DNA of 61,707 nt, filler included, from Actinomycetota bacterium (GCA_046725875.1; 6 parts of 6 records of this genome joined end to end with filler, not necessarily neighbours in it), one strand, 5' to 3'. Positions 1 to 9,647 are shown, numbered from the whole stretch's first letter. A program made the numbers and translations. Notes: a model not told the origin generated them from the letters alone.

Positions 1-222
1 TTCGGCGGCGGACTGGAAAGCCAGAGGGCGAGCGTCGTGGCCACCGACGGGACGGTCACCGACGGCCCGTACCCGGAGACCAAGGAGGTCCTCGGCGGGT
101 TCGCGGTCGTCGACGTGCCCTCACGCGAGGAGGCGCTGGAGTGGGCTGCCAAGATCGCCGTCGCCTGCCGCTGTGCCCAAGAGGTACGGGAGCTCCTGCC
201 GGACCCGAAGGAGGACACATGA
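1..222 (+). CDS. YciI/DGPF-family protein, 5'-partial
   Basis: Frame is open from base 1 (FGGGLESQRASVVATDG...). Contains TDGPYPETKEVLGGF and EEALEWAAKI, typical of YciI. Confidence 0.85.
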   Translation, partial: FGGGLESQRASVVATDGTVTDGPYPETKEVLGGFAVVDVPSREEALEWAAKIAVACRCAQEVRELLPDPKEDT

Positions 223-584
223 CCGAGTACCTCATCGCCTTCAACAATGAGTGGGTGCCCGACCACACGGTCGAGGAGCTGCGCGAGAAGTCCAAGGCCG
301 CCAGGGCGGTGGAGGCGGAGATGAAGGCTGCCGGGGTCTTCATCTTCACCGGCGGCCTGGACGATGCTGCCCCGGTGTTCAGTGTCGACGCGTCGAGCGG
401 CACGCCGCTGTTCACCGACGGTCCGTTCATCGAGTCCAAGGAGCACCTCGGCGGCTTCGCCGTCGTGGATGTGGCCGACGAGGAAGCGGCGCGGCTGTGG
501 GCCGGAAAGATCGCGGTGGCCTGCGGTTGGCCGCAGGAGGTGCGACGCTTCCGGGTCCCCACGCAACCTTCGGAGACTTCTTAA
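219..584 (+). CDS. YciI/DGPF-family protein
   Basis: ATG overlaps the upstream TGA (ATGA) after a GAAGGAGG RBS. Contains TDGPFIESKEHLGGF. Confidence 0.88.
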   Translation: MTEYLIAFNNEWVPDHTVEELREKSKAARAVEAEMKAAGVFIFTGGLDDAAPVFSVDASSGTPLFTDGPFIESKEHLGGFAVVDVADEEAARLWAGKIAVACGWPQEVRRFRVPTQPSETS

Positions 585-1159
585 CGGAGTCGGCGGGCGT
601 TCCTGCCGCGAGGCTCTACTTCGTGTCCTTGTGGATACCACCAGCGGTACCCGCGAAGAACCCGTTCGGTAACGCTGCCACGCCAACACCGGCGTGCGCT
701 CCCCCGAGACCGCCCGACGCCTCATGGTCCGATGCCTCCTGGACGGTTTGATCGGCGGCCAAAGCCTCGCCCGCTCATCGCCACGAGCGGACGTCTAGGT
801 CCCAACGCAGCGAAATCGGCGGCATATGCATCGTCCTTGATAACCACTTGCGCGTAGGCCGGGGAGCATCCAGGTCTCCCCGCGATGTTGAGGCGGGTAA
901 ACGTGGCGGCGAGCGCGTTTAGGTCGGACCGAGCCACCAGAACCTCAGGGGTACCGTCAGGAACGACGACGGCATCGGGGGGAGCCTCGAGGAGAACTGT
1001 GGTGGCGGTGGGTCCGGTGGCGTTCGGTAGGTGGCGGCCCTGACGGTCAGTCACCGCGGCGTCGGCCAGATCGGTCCTATTCGTAGCTGCTGATCGCTGG
1101 CGTCGCGGCCGGGTAGCGGCTTGGCGCATGTGCGGCGAGTCGGGAGAGGGGTCAGCCGC

Positions 1160-2440
1160 ATGAGCATCCGTAAATGGGCGAGCGCGGCCCTAGTCCGGGC
1201 CGGGGCAGTCGGCGGTCTTCGGTCGGACACCTCCGACGAGCGCCTGCGCAAGTCGGCGCTCGTCCTGTCCTCGCTGCTGATCACGGGTCTGTCCTTCATC
1301 TGGGTCGGGACGTATGCGGCGCTCGGGCTCTGGGGTGCGGCGCTGATTCCGCTTGCCTACCAGGTCGTCTCTCTGGTTTGGCTCGCCTTCTTCGCCAAGA
1401 CGAAGCGCTACGGTCCCTATCGCGCGAGCCAGGTCGCAATGTTCCTCGTTCTGCCCTTCCTCCTCCAGTGGAGCCTGGGAGGATTCGTCGAAGCGGGCGC
1501 CGTCGCGGTCTGGGCGTTCGTCGCGCCGCTTGCCGCGCTCGTCTTCTACGGCCCCCGCCAGGCGATCGCTTGGTTTGCAGCCTTCCTCGCGCTTATCGCG
1601 TTGTCCGCGGCCATCGACGGCGCCCTTCCCGAGCCCGCGCACGACATTCCGTCCTTGGTCATCGTGGCGTTCTTCGCGCTGAACATCTTCGGCACGTCGG
1701 TCACCACGTTCGCCCTCCTCGAGCACTTCGTGCGCGCCCGCGACCGCGCCCACCGCCGTCTGGCCGAGGAGCAAGAGCGGTCGGAGACCCTGCTGTTGAG
1801 CATCTTCCCGCGCCCCATCGCCGAGCGGCTGAAGGTCTCGCCAGAGGTCATTGCCGAGCGCAGCGAGGACGTCTCCGTCCTGTTCGCCGACATCACCGGC
1901 TTCACCCCGCTCGCGGAACGACTTCCGGCCGAGGAGGTCGTGGTCCTCCTGGACGAGATCTTCTCCGCCTTCGACGAGCTGGTAGCGGGCCACGGTCTGG
2001 AGAAGATCAAGACGATCGGCGACGGCTACCTGGTTGCCGCCGGCATCCCAACGCCACGGGCCGACCACGCGGGGGCGACCGCCCGCCTGGCGCTTGCCAT
2101 GGTGCACACGCTTGCCGAGCTGCCGGTCGGGTCTGGCCTGAGCCTCCGCGTCGGCATCGACTCAGGCCCCGTGGTCGCTGGTGTGATCGGCCGGACGAAG
2201 TTCGGTTATGACCTTTGGGGCGACACGGTCAACACGGCGAGCAGGATGCAGTCTCACGCCCTGCCCGGCACGATTCAGGTGACCGAGCGGACGTATCGCC
2301 AACTCAAGGACCGCTTCGTTCTCGAGTCCCGCGGACTGGTCGTCAAGGGCAAGGGTCAGATGACGACTTACGTTGTACTCGCCGAACGCGGGACAAACCT
2401 CGGTTGCCAGCACGGGCTACGAGCCAGCCAGCTCCCGTAA
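1160..2440 (+). CDS. Membrane-anchored class III adenylate/guanylate cyclase (probably adenylate)
   Basis: About six hydrophobic helices, then VLFADITGFT, EKIKTIGDGY and GYDLWGDTVNTASRM. The Lys/Asp pair indicates ATP specificity. Start is uncertain (1121 or 1160). Confidence 0.9.
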   Translation: MSIRKWASAALVRAGAVGGLRSDTSDERLRKSALVLSSLLITGLSFIWVGTYAALGLWGAALIPLAYQVVSLVWLAFFAKTKRYGPYRASQVAMFLVLPFLLQWSLGGFVEAGAVAVWAFVAPLAALVFYGPRQAIAWFAAFLALIALSAAIDGALPEPAHDIPSLVIVAFFALNIFGTSVTTFALLEHFVRARDRAHRRLAEEQERSETLLLSIFPRPIAERLKVSPEVIAERSEDVSVLFADITGFTPLAERLPAEEVVVLLDEIFSAFDELVAGHGLEKIKTIGDGYLVAAGIPTPRADHAGATARLALAMVHTLAELPVGSGLSLRVGIDSGPVVAGVIGRTKFGYDLWGDTVNTASRMQSHALPGTIQVTERTYRQLKDRFVLESRGLVVKGKGQMTTYVVLAERGTNLGCQHGLRASQLP

Positions 2441-2524
2441 ACAGGAGCCCATATCCAAGATCATGCAGCCAGGCTGCGATCAAAAGACAGTCGACCCTCG
2501 ATTGGCCCGCGGACCGCGTCTCGC

Positions 2525-3046
2525 TCAGCTTGCCGTGGCATGCCGGTAACTAGTGACGGCGGCGGGATAGTGAGGACGAGTAGTCCGCCGAGCCAGGCGA
2601 TGGCGTGCCAGAGGTGGCTGGCGGTGGGTCCACCTAGGCAGAGGGCTCGCATGGCGGCGACGGTGACGGTGATGGTTGATCTTGGCGAAGGCCTGGAGCC
2701 AGCCGGGCATGGTGGCGATTGGGACGAAGGTGGAGCTGGTGAAGGTGGGCAGGATGACCGGCGGCAGCCCGATAAGGCCGGCTGATTCCGGGTCGCGCAC
2801 CAGGAGCCCGATCAGCGCGTTGATCCAGGAGAGCAGGACGCCGACTGCGATGGCGAGCCCGATCGCGGCGAGGGCGGCGGCGAGTCCAGCGTGGAAGCGG
2901 AACTCGATCGCGTACCCGATGCCGGTCATCAGCCCGAGCACGAACAGGTTCCGCACGGCGTCGGCGAGGGTCCGGCCGGCGAGGACCGCGGAGCGGGTCA
3001 TCGGCAGGGCCCGGAACCGGTCGATCATCCCATTGGTGAGGTCGTC
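2525..3046 (-). pseudogene. ABC-2 type (DrrB-like) permease, 5'-deleted and frameshifted
   Basis: DDLTNGMIDRFRALPMTRSAVLAGR...SSTFVPIATMPGWLQAFAKIN. The C-terminus continues in other frames (MRALCLGGPT..., AAVTSYRHATAS*). No N-terminal half is present. Confidence 0.8.
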
Positions 3047-3331
3047 GCCAACGGCCCGCTGCACGGGTATGCGATCAAGGAAGCACTGCGGGAAGGCAGC
3101 GCCGGACGGTTCGATCTCCCCACTGGCACTATCTATCCCGCCCTGCACCGCCTGGAAGCGGATGGGCTGATCGAGCGCTCCTGGTCGATGGTGGACGGAC
3201 GCCGGCGGCGCAGCTACCAGCTCACAGTCGACGGCAAGCGCAGGCTCAGCGGTGACCATGCCAACTGGCGGGCCTTCACCGCCGCGGTTACCTCCCTGTT
3301 GGAGCGGCGGCCATGGCCAGCCACGCACTAA
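3041..3331 (+). pseudogene. PadR-family regulator lacking its N-terminus
   Basis: GPLHGYAIKEALR...GTIYPALHRLEADGLI...RRRRSYQLT. No start codon or first helix; fused to the antisense strand of the permease. Confidence 0.8.
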
Positions 3332-3890
3332 TCGACGCGCACCTCGCTGCGCTTCGCCGCCGCCTACCCAGCGCGGCGGTCGACGAACTGGCCGACGGTC
3401 TGATCGAAACGTACGACCAACGCCTTCGGGACGGACTCGACGCGGACAGCGCCGCGGCAACCGCGGTGACCGAATTCGGCAGCGTCGACGAGGTCTCCGA
3501 GGCATTCGGTCGGCACTCGCCCGGCCATCGCGCCGCGGTGACCCTGTTGACCACCGGACCTATTGTCGGCGGCTGTTGGGTGGCCTCCTTCATCGCGTGG
3601 CGGGCCTGGACCTGGCCACACGCGGGCACCGCAGCACTCACCTTCGTCGCCGGTCTGCTTTGACGGTCGCTCTGCTCGAAGCTGCCCGCCTGCTCTACCG
3701 CAACTACGCCCAGACCCGAGCGGCGTCACTCGCCGGCATCATCGGCGCGATCGGCCTTGATGCCGCCATGCTTGCCACGATCACGGTTGTAGCACCCGTG
3801 TTCGTCTGGCCCATGGTTGTAGCCACCTCCGCGAGCCTTGCTCGGATCGGGTTCACAGTCCGCGCTCTTTCCGCGGTTCTTGCTCGATGA
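3313..3890 (+). pseudogene. PadR-partner membrane protein (permease-prefix/HAAS-like N-terminus), frameshifted near 3660
   Basis: MASHALIDAHLAALRRRLP...AVTEFGS, followed by TM helices. Continues in another frame to ...ALSAVLAR* at 3890. Overlaps the PadR stop. Confidence 0.7.
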
Positions 3891-4110
3891 CAGTGGCGCA
3901 AACCCAAGCTGACGAGAAGACCGGGTGCCGACCAGCTCCGCCAATATCCGGCGGACTAACGCGCCCGTGACCATGCTCGTCGGTCCCCGACGGGGACGCC
4001 CTCGGGTGTGAACAGTCGAACCAAGCGCTTCACGGTGTCAGGGACGACGCAGGGGGTGCAGCAGCTCGAATCCAGCAGGGGGAGCAGCATCTGGTCCGAC
4101 ACACGCCTAA

Positions 4111-4140
4111 TTTGACAGATGTAAAAGCAGCTGGCAAACT
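4111..4140 (+). promoter_or_regulatory. Putative sigma-A promoter TTGACA-N17-CAAACT with overlapping imperfect palindrome TTTGACAGATGTAAAA
   Basis: TTGACA at 4112-4117 and CAAACT at 4135-4140. The dyad at 4111-4126 lies upstream of the small Cys-rich ORF. Confidence 0.45.
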
Positions 4141-4179
4141 CGGGCCTACTTAGACAGGAGTCGAATCAGCACAGGTGAT

Positions 4180-4362
4180 GTGATGAAGACTCGGATGATC
4201 ACTGTGGTACGAGGCCATCTTCTTCGCCCGTTCGGACGTGGTCGAGACGTCCGTGCGCAGTTCTGCGAGGCATGCGGGCAAGTCTGCACGGACGTATGCC
4301 GGGCGGAGAGCCGTCTGGCCGATGTGAGGACCCGCGCCATTACTGCACGCTCCGGCCTTTAA
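4180..4362 (+). CDS. Small Cys-rich hypothetical protein (FCEACGQVCTDVCR)
   Basis: 60 aa with CxxC-x3-CxxxC spacing. RBS-like CAGGTG and a promoter-like sequence lie upstream. Confidence 0.5.
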   Translation: MMKTRMITVVRGHLLRPFGRGRDVRAQFCEACGQVCTDVCRAESRLADVRTRAITARSGL

Positions 4363-4640
4363 CCGAGCAACCCAACGCCTGGGGACGGACAGAAAGGACA
4401 CGACATGGCTGAGCAGGCCAACGTCGACCTCTGTGAACGGGTCCGAAAGGTACGCAATCCACTCGCCGTCGGCTGACATCCAGAGCTGACATCAACGGCG
4501 AGGCACGTGGAGGTACGGCGGTGCGATCTTGGCCGCAATTTGGCACCTCCAGGGGAACGATGCGAGAACACGCCTAACCACACGGTCCCCGACCTCGACC
4601 AACCGCAGTGCAGCAGGTCCGCTCCGACCGTCGTGATCTC

Positions 4641-4685
4641 CTTTTAATCCGTAGATTCCGGGTTGGAGTCCCTGGGTGCCCACCA
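4641..4685 (+). other. Degenerate 3' half of tRNA-Lys(TTT); att-like remnant, not a full tRNA
   Basis: CTTTTAA anticodon loop, TCCGT, AGATT, CCGGG-TTGGAGT-CCCTG T arm, GGTGCCC-A-CCA. Upstream sequence lacks the 5' acceptor strand and D arm. Confidence 0.65.
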
Positions 4686-4911
4686 CCCGCGAACCACCAG
4701 GTCAGAGCCCTGCGTTGCGCGTCACGCGCCTGACCGATCGATCGACGGCCCGGCTGGCCATCGCCGATACCGCTGCGACTCGCCGGCCGGCGCCCGCTTC
4801 ACCCCACCGGCGGACGCGAACGCCGCCCGGCGGAACCAGACTTGGTTCCGCCGCGTGCACCGTGTCGACACAGCGATTGCGACACCGGCTCCGGACGATC
4901 GACGGGTTGTC

Positions 4912-4981
4912 CACATCGCTTGGGAGGAGCCGGAGCTCTTCGCCGCCGAGGTGCGAGCTGCATTCCAGGTCACTGCGTTGA
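4912..4981 (+). pseudogene. Epoxide hydrolase C-terminal fragment
   Basis: HIAWEEPELFAAEVRAAF, then RSLR* after a +1 indel. Matches the C-terminus of 6611-7819. Confidence 0.7.
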
Positions 4982-5040
4982 TCGGCGCCCCAGTGAGAGA
5001 GGGTCAGTCCAAGCCGCATTCACCAAGACCGGAGTCGCTC

Positions 5041-5273
5041 ATGAGTGGAACCGTTGAGAACGCACTCGAGATCTGCCCCTTCCGGGCGGACGTGCCGGAA
5101 TCGGCTGTCGAGGACCTCCGCCGGCGCATCGCCGCGACCAGGTGGTCCGACCGCGAGACGGTTCCCGATCGGTCGCAGGGTGCGGCGTTGGCCGAGCCGC
5201 AGGAGCTCGTTCGGTACTGGGTCACGGAACTATTCTCCGACGAGGTCCGTGCCCGTTCCGATCGCTGCGCTAG
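5041..5273 (+). pseudogene. Epoxide hydrolase with large internal deletion (N-terminus joined to C-terminus)
   Basis: MSGTVENALEICPFRADVPESAVEDLRRRIAATRW...VRYW runs directly into ELFSDEVRA / FRSLR*. Confidence 0.75.
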
Positions 5274-5290
5274 CCGAGCAGGGGACGGAC

Positions 5291-5359
5291 GTCGGTCACA
5301 ACCTGCCGCAGGAGGTACCCCAAGCCTTCACCGAGGCCATCGTCGAGGCCGACAGCTAA
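5291..5359 (+). pseudogene. Alpha/beta hydrolase C-terminal fragment
   Basis: VGHNLPQEVPQAFTEAIVEADS*, the catalytic-His motif GHNLPQE. Confidence 0.6.
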
Positions 5360-5373
5360 CGAAGGAGCGATAG

Positions 5374-6428
5374 ATGGACGAGGAGGCAACCCCATGGAGG
5401 ACCGTCCTCAGGAGCGCCGACCGGCTGTTCCGCGCTACCACGCACCCCGCGGCGGTCCAGTTGCCGGTTGAAGGGTCGTTGCCGTCCCTGGCCGGCGCGA
5501 CTGAGTGGCTCAACTCGCCGCCGCTGACGCCCGCCGGGCTGCGCGGCAGCGTGGTGCTTGTCGACTTTTGGACCTACACCTGCATCAACTGGCTGCGCAC
5601 CCTGCCCTACCGGCGCGCCTGGGCCGACAAGTACCGCGATCATGGGCTGGTGGTGCTCGGGGTGCACACCCCGGAGTTCGATGTCGAGCACGACCTGGAC
5701 AACGTTCGCCGCGCCCTCAAGGACCTGGGGTCGACTACCCGGTCGCGGTCGACAACGACTACGCCATCTGGACCGCGTTCGACAACCACTACTGGCCGGC
5801 GCTGTACCTCGTCGATGCCCACGGGCAGATCCGCCACCATCAGTTCGGTGAGGGCGGCTACCAGCAGTCCGAGATGATCCTGCAGCAACTACTGACCGAG
5901 GCCGGCGCCAAGGGATTCGGGCAGGACCTGGTGGTGGTCGACCCTGGTGGGGTGGAGACGGCCGCCGACTGGGACAGCTTGTGGTCGCCGGAGAACTACC
6001 TCGGGTACGCGCGCACCGAGAACTTCGCCTCTCCCGATGGTGCGGCGTTGGACACTCCGCAGGTGTATGCCGTCCCGGGACGGTTGCGGCTCAACGAGTG
6101 GGCACTTTGGGGTGCCTGGACGGTCAAGCGGCAGGCCATCGTGCTCAACGCTCCAGAGGGCGAGATCGCCTACCGGTTCCACGCCCGCGACCTGCACCTG
6201 GTCATGGCACCGGCCGCGCCGGCGAGTCCCGTCCGGTTCCGGGTGCTGCTGGACGGGCAGCCGCCAGCAGCCGCCCACGGCACCGATGTCGACCAGGCGG
6301 GCGACGGCACGGTCACCCACCCCCGGCTGTACCAGCTGATCCGCCAGCCGGACCCGATCAGCGAGCGCACCTTCCAGATCACCTTCCTGGACCCCGGCGT
6401 CCAGGCCTACGCCTTCACCTTCGGCTAG
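5374..6428 (+). pseudogene. DipZ-like redoxin/thioredoxin-domain protein, single frameshift at about 5729
   Basis: GATEWLNSPPLT, VVLVDFWTYTCINWLRTLPY, GVHTPEF. Continues in another frame as VDYPVAVDNDY...NHYWPALY...GEGGY...AYAFTFG*. One G is missing in CTGGGGTC. Confidence 0.85.
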
Positions 6429-6477
6429 CGCCGTGACAGCGACCCATCTTCCCCGGCTGGAACCCCTCTAGACCCAC

Positions 6478-6582
6478 CTCATCCACTACAGCAAGCTCGA
6501 CCGAGGTGGCCACCTCGCCGCCTGGGAGCAGCCAGACCGGCTCTCCACCGCGATCCGGGTCGCGTTCCGGTCTCTGCGTTGA
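6478..6582 (+). pseudogene. Epoxide hydrolase C-terminal fragment
   Basis: My translation reads LIHYSKLDRGGHLAAWEQPDRLSTAIRVAFRSLR*, with no upstream body. Confidence 0.75.
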
Positions 6583-6610
6583 CCGGTGCCCACCAACAAC
6601 GGAGGTCGTC

Positions 6611-7819
6611 ATGAGCAGCGTCGAGACCGCCAGCAACATCCGTCCATTCCAGGTCGACATTCCGGATGAGGCCCTGGAAGACCTCCGTCGACGCATCGCG
6701 GCCACGAACTGGCCCGAGAAAGAGACGGTCGCGGATCCAGCTCAAGGCGTGCCGCTCGCCATGATCCGGAAGCTCGCCCGCTATTGGGGGACAGAGTACG
6801 ACTGGCGAACGTGTGAGGCGAGGCTGAACGCGCTGCCGCAGTTCGTAACCGAGATCGACGGGCTGGACATTCACTTCATCCACGTTCGGTCGGAGCACGA
6901 GGATGCGTTGCCGCTCATCGTCAACCACGGATGGCCCGGGTCGATCATCGAGCAGCTGAAGATCATCGGTCCACTGACCAATCCCACGGCGCACGGTGCG
7001 AGCCCAGCAGACGCCTTCCATCTGGTGATCCCGTCGATGCCCGGCTACGGGTTCTCCGGCAAGCCGACCAGCACCGGCTGGGGACCCGAGCGCATGGCAA
7101 GGGCCTGGGCAGTGCTGATGCAGCGCCTCGGCTACCCCCGCTACGTCGCCCAGGGCGGCGACTGGGGAGCGTTTGTCGTCGACCAGATGGGCTTGCAGGC
7201 ACCTGCGGGGTTGCTCGCCATCCACACCAACATGCCTGCCACCGTCCCACCCGACATCGACCGGGCTTCCCTGGCCGGCGATCCGCCACCATCCGGTCTC
7301 TCAGCCGAGGAACGACGCGCCTACGAGCAGCTGATCAGGACGTACGAGCAAGTCGAGTACGCCAGGTACATGGCGTCGCGACCGCAGACGTTGTATGGCA
7401 TCGCGGACTCTCCCGTGGGCCTGGCCGCGTGGCTTCTCGACCATAACGATGCTGACGGTCAACCGGCCGCGGCGGTCGCCTCGGCGCTGGACCGGACCGG
7501 GAGCGCCACGGGCGAACTGACCCGTGACGAGATCCTCGACAACATCACCCTCTATTGGTTGACCAACACGGGGGTCTCGTCGTCTCGTCTCTATTGGGAA
7601 TACAAGGGTGGCTTCTTTAACGCCAAAGGCGTCTCGATTCCGGTAGCCGTGAGCGTCTTTCCCGGCGAGCAATATCAGGCCCCGCGGAGCTGGGCCGAGC
7701 GGGCCTACCCCAACCTCATCTACTTCAACGAAGTCGACAGGGGCGGCCACTTCGCGGCCTGGGAACAACCGCAACTGTTCTCCGAGGAGCTCCAGGCGGC
7801 GTTCCGGTCAGTGCGCTAG
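6611..7819 (+). CDS. Epoxide hydrolase (EHN + alpha/beta hydrolase)
   Basis: GGAGG RBS; IRPFQVDIPDEALEDLRRRI, HGWPGS, AQGGDWG, GGHFAAWEQP. Confidence 0.93.
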   Translation: MSSVETASNIRPFQVDIPDEALEDLRRRIAATNWPEKETVADPAQGVPLAMIRKLARYWGTEYDWRTCEARLNALPQFVTEIDGLDIHFIHVRSEHEDALPLIVNHGWPGSIIEQLKIIGPLTNPTAHGASPADAFHLVIPSMPGYGFSGKPTSTGWGPERMARAWAVLMQRLGYPRYVAQGGDWGAFVVDQMGLQAPAGLLAIHTNMPATVPPDIDRASLAGDPPPSGLSAEERRAYEQLIRTYEQVEYARYMASRPQTLYGIADSPVGLAAWLLDHNDADGQPAAAVASALDRTGSATGELTRDEILDNITLYWLTNTGVSSSRLYWEYKGGFFNAKGVSIPVAVSVFPGEQYQAPRSWAERAYPNLIYFNEVDRGGHFAAWEQPQLFSEELQAAFRSVR

Positions 7820-7947
7820 CCGCATTGAGGAGGACGGCGCGTCGGTCACAGTCTGGAGTAACCACATGAGCCTTCGAGCGTGACGAAGGTCGTCACGAAC
7901 AGTTCGCTTACGGCTCTAGTCCACTTCTCCGGACTTGCGCTTCGATA

Positions 7948-8508
7948 TCAGTGGCTGGCGGTTGCCAGGCGGACGGCGACGGTGACGAGGAGCAGGCCGG
8001 TGATCTGTTCGATCCGCGCTTTCATCCGCGGCCGGCGCAGCCATCGGCCGAGCTGGTCGACGGCCATGACGTACAGGCCGAACCACGCCAGGTAGAGCCC
8101 TGCGAAGATCGACGAGAGCAGCAGCGCCTCGGCTCGCGGTGAGCCGCTCTCGGCGGAGAGGAACTGGGGCAGGAAGGTGACGAAGAACAGCGCCACCTTG
8201 GGGTTGAGCGCGTTGGACAGGAAGCCCTGTCGCATGTACGCCGACCTCCGGCGCGCCGCCACCGCCGGCTCGTCCACAACGGGCGAATGACGGGAACGGA
8301 TCGCCGATCGCAGCATCTGCACGCCGAGCCACAGCAGATAGGCTGCCCCGACAATCTTCAGCACGGTGAACGCGGCCGCCGAGGCGAGCAGCAGCGCCGA
8401 CAGCCCAAGCGATGCGGCCGCGGCGTGCACGGTCAGGCCAAGTACGCCGCCGAGCATGGTTAGCAACCCGCCGTGCCGGCCGCCGACCACGGAGTTACGG
8501 GTGATAAG
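7948..8508 (-). pseudogene. LysE/RhtB-family translocator lacking its N-terminus
   Basis: LITRNSVVGGRHGG..., LKIVGAAYLLWLG, GFLSNALNPKVALFF. The N-terminal helix and PGP motif are missing. Confidence 0.85.
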
Positions 8509-8981
8509 GCAGCTGCGGGCAGGCCAGGTCGACGTCGCCGTGATCTTCCGGTACGACGACACAGCCCCCGAGGACGACAGCATCCGGCTGACCCACCTGC
8601 TCGACGACCCGCTCTTCCTGCTCACGACCGGCGGCGAGAGCACACTCACCGAGCACACGGACACCCTGGATCGCCGGCTGCGAGAGATGCCGCAGCCATC
8701 TCGTGGAGATGTGCGAACACGCCGGCTTCTCCCCACACTTGGCCTACACCACCGACGACATGGTGGTGATGCAGAGCCTCGTCGCCGCCGGCATGGGCGT
8801 ACCCACGATCCCCGGACTGGCACTGCGCGCCCACCGCCACCCGGCGATCACCGCCACCGGGCTCCCGGTCCCGCCCCGCCAGATCTACGCGGCTACCTAC
8901 GGCGACCCACCCGACCCTCCGGCAACCGCGGCTCTCGTAGCCGCCCTGACCCAGGCCGCACGGTCTCCTACCTCACAATGA
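8507..8981 (+). pseudogene. LysR substrate-binding-domain fragment, frameshifted near 8665
   Basis: RQLRAGQVDVAVIF...LLDDPLFLL, then (other frame) WIAGCERCRSHL...AGFSP...DDMVVMQSLVAAGMGV. No HTH present. Confidence 0.8.
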
Positions 8982-9102
8982 CCGCGAACGGCCGCCCACC
9001 GCCGCCGGTGCCTTCAGGAGATGCAAGCCGCGGTCCTGCAGCGCGATGTCGGAGCCGTCGACCTGGTTGACGTTTCCGAGTCTGCTCGGATTTCCTGCTG
9101 CA

Positions 9103-9570
9103 GTGCTTGACCTGCGCATTGAGCAGCCGAGCGGCGACGCCGAGCTCGAGGACTGGCGATACGTCCACAATCTGATCATCCCCACCCACATACTTTCTTT
9201 AGACGACGTACGGGAGCGGGCACAGCGTCACCATTTGGAGGTCGCGTATCTCGGTGACGAGGTCGTGGGCTGCAGCACGGTACGCCCACCAACCGACGAC
9301 ACGAAGACGGCGACAGTCATCGCCCGTGTACTCGCCGCTCGCCGTCGGCAGGGGTTCGGGGAGGAACTGTATGCGCGCGGTCTTAGCCGGGCGCGGGCGC
9401 TCGGCGCCGAGGTGATTGAGACCGTCGTGCTGTCGTCCAACCTGGACGGTCTCCGGTTCGCCCAGAAGCACGGGTTCGTCGAGATCGAGCGCTATCTCCT
9501 GCCAGGGGACACCATCCCATGGATTGACATGCGGTTGGCGCCCACAGCTCGTCCCACTGTGAGCCGGTAA
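9103..9570 (+). CDS. GNAT-family N-acetyltransferase
   Basis: RVLAARRRQGFGEEL (motif A) and NLDGLRFAQKHGF. GTG start inferred. Confidence 0.85.
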   Translation: MLDLRIEQPSGDAELEDWRYVHNLIIPTHILSLDDVRERAQRHHLEVAYLGDEVVGCSTVRPPTDDTKTATVIARVLAARRRQGFGEELYARGLSRARALGAEVIETVVLSSNLDGLRFAQKHGFVEIERYLLPGDTIPWIDMRLAPTARPTVSR

Positions 9571-9647
9571 CAATGGCCGCGGGCGGCGGTGCTTGTCCTA
9601 ATTAGCGGGTTGATTCCTGCTCAATGCATGGATGACGCCCGCGGGTT

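Noticed and set aside
585..1129. ORF 722-1129 (-) and neighbours
   Set aside because: No recognisable motif. Possibly a decayed gene, but I cannot assign it.
1160..2440. Cyclase as part of a Pycsar/CBASS-like defence system
   Set aside because: It has an ordinary membrane-anchored class III architecture with ATP-specifying residues, and no cyclic-nucleotide effector is adjacent.
4405..4476. Strong RBS plus MAEQANVDL... resembling a SnoaL-like start
   Set aside because: Stops after 23 codons; similarity too short to support.
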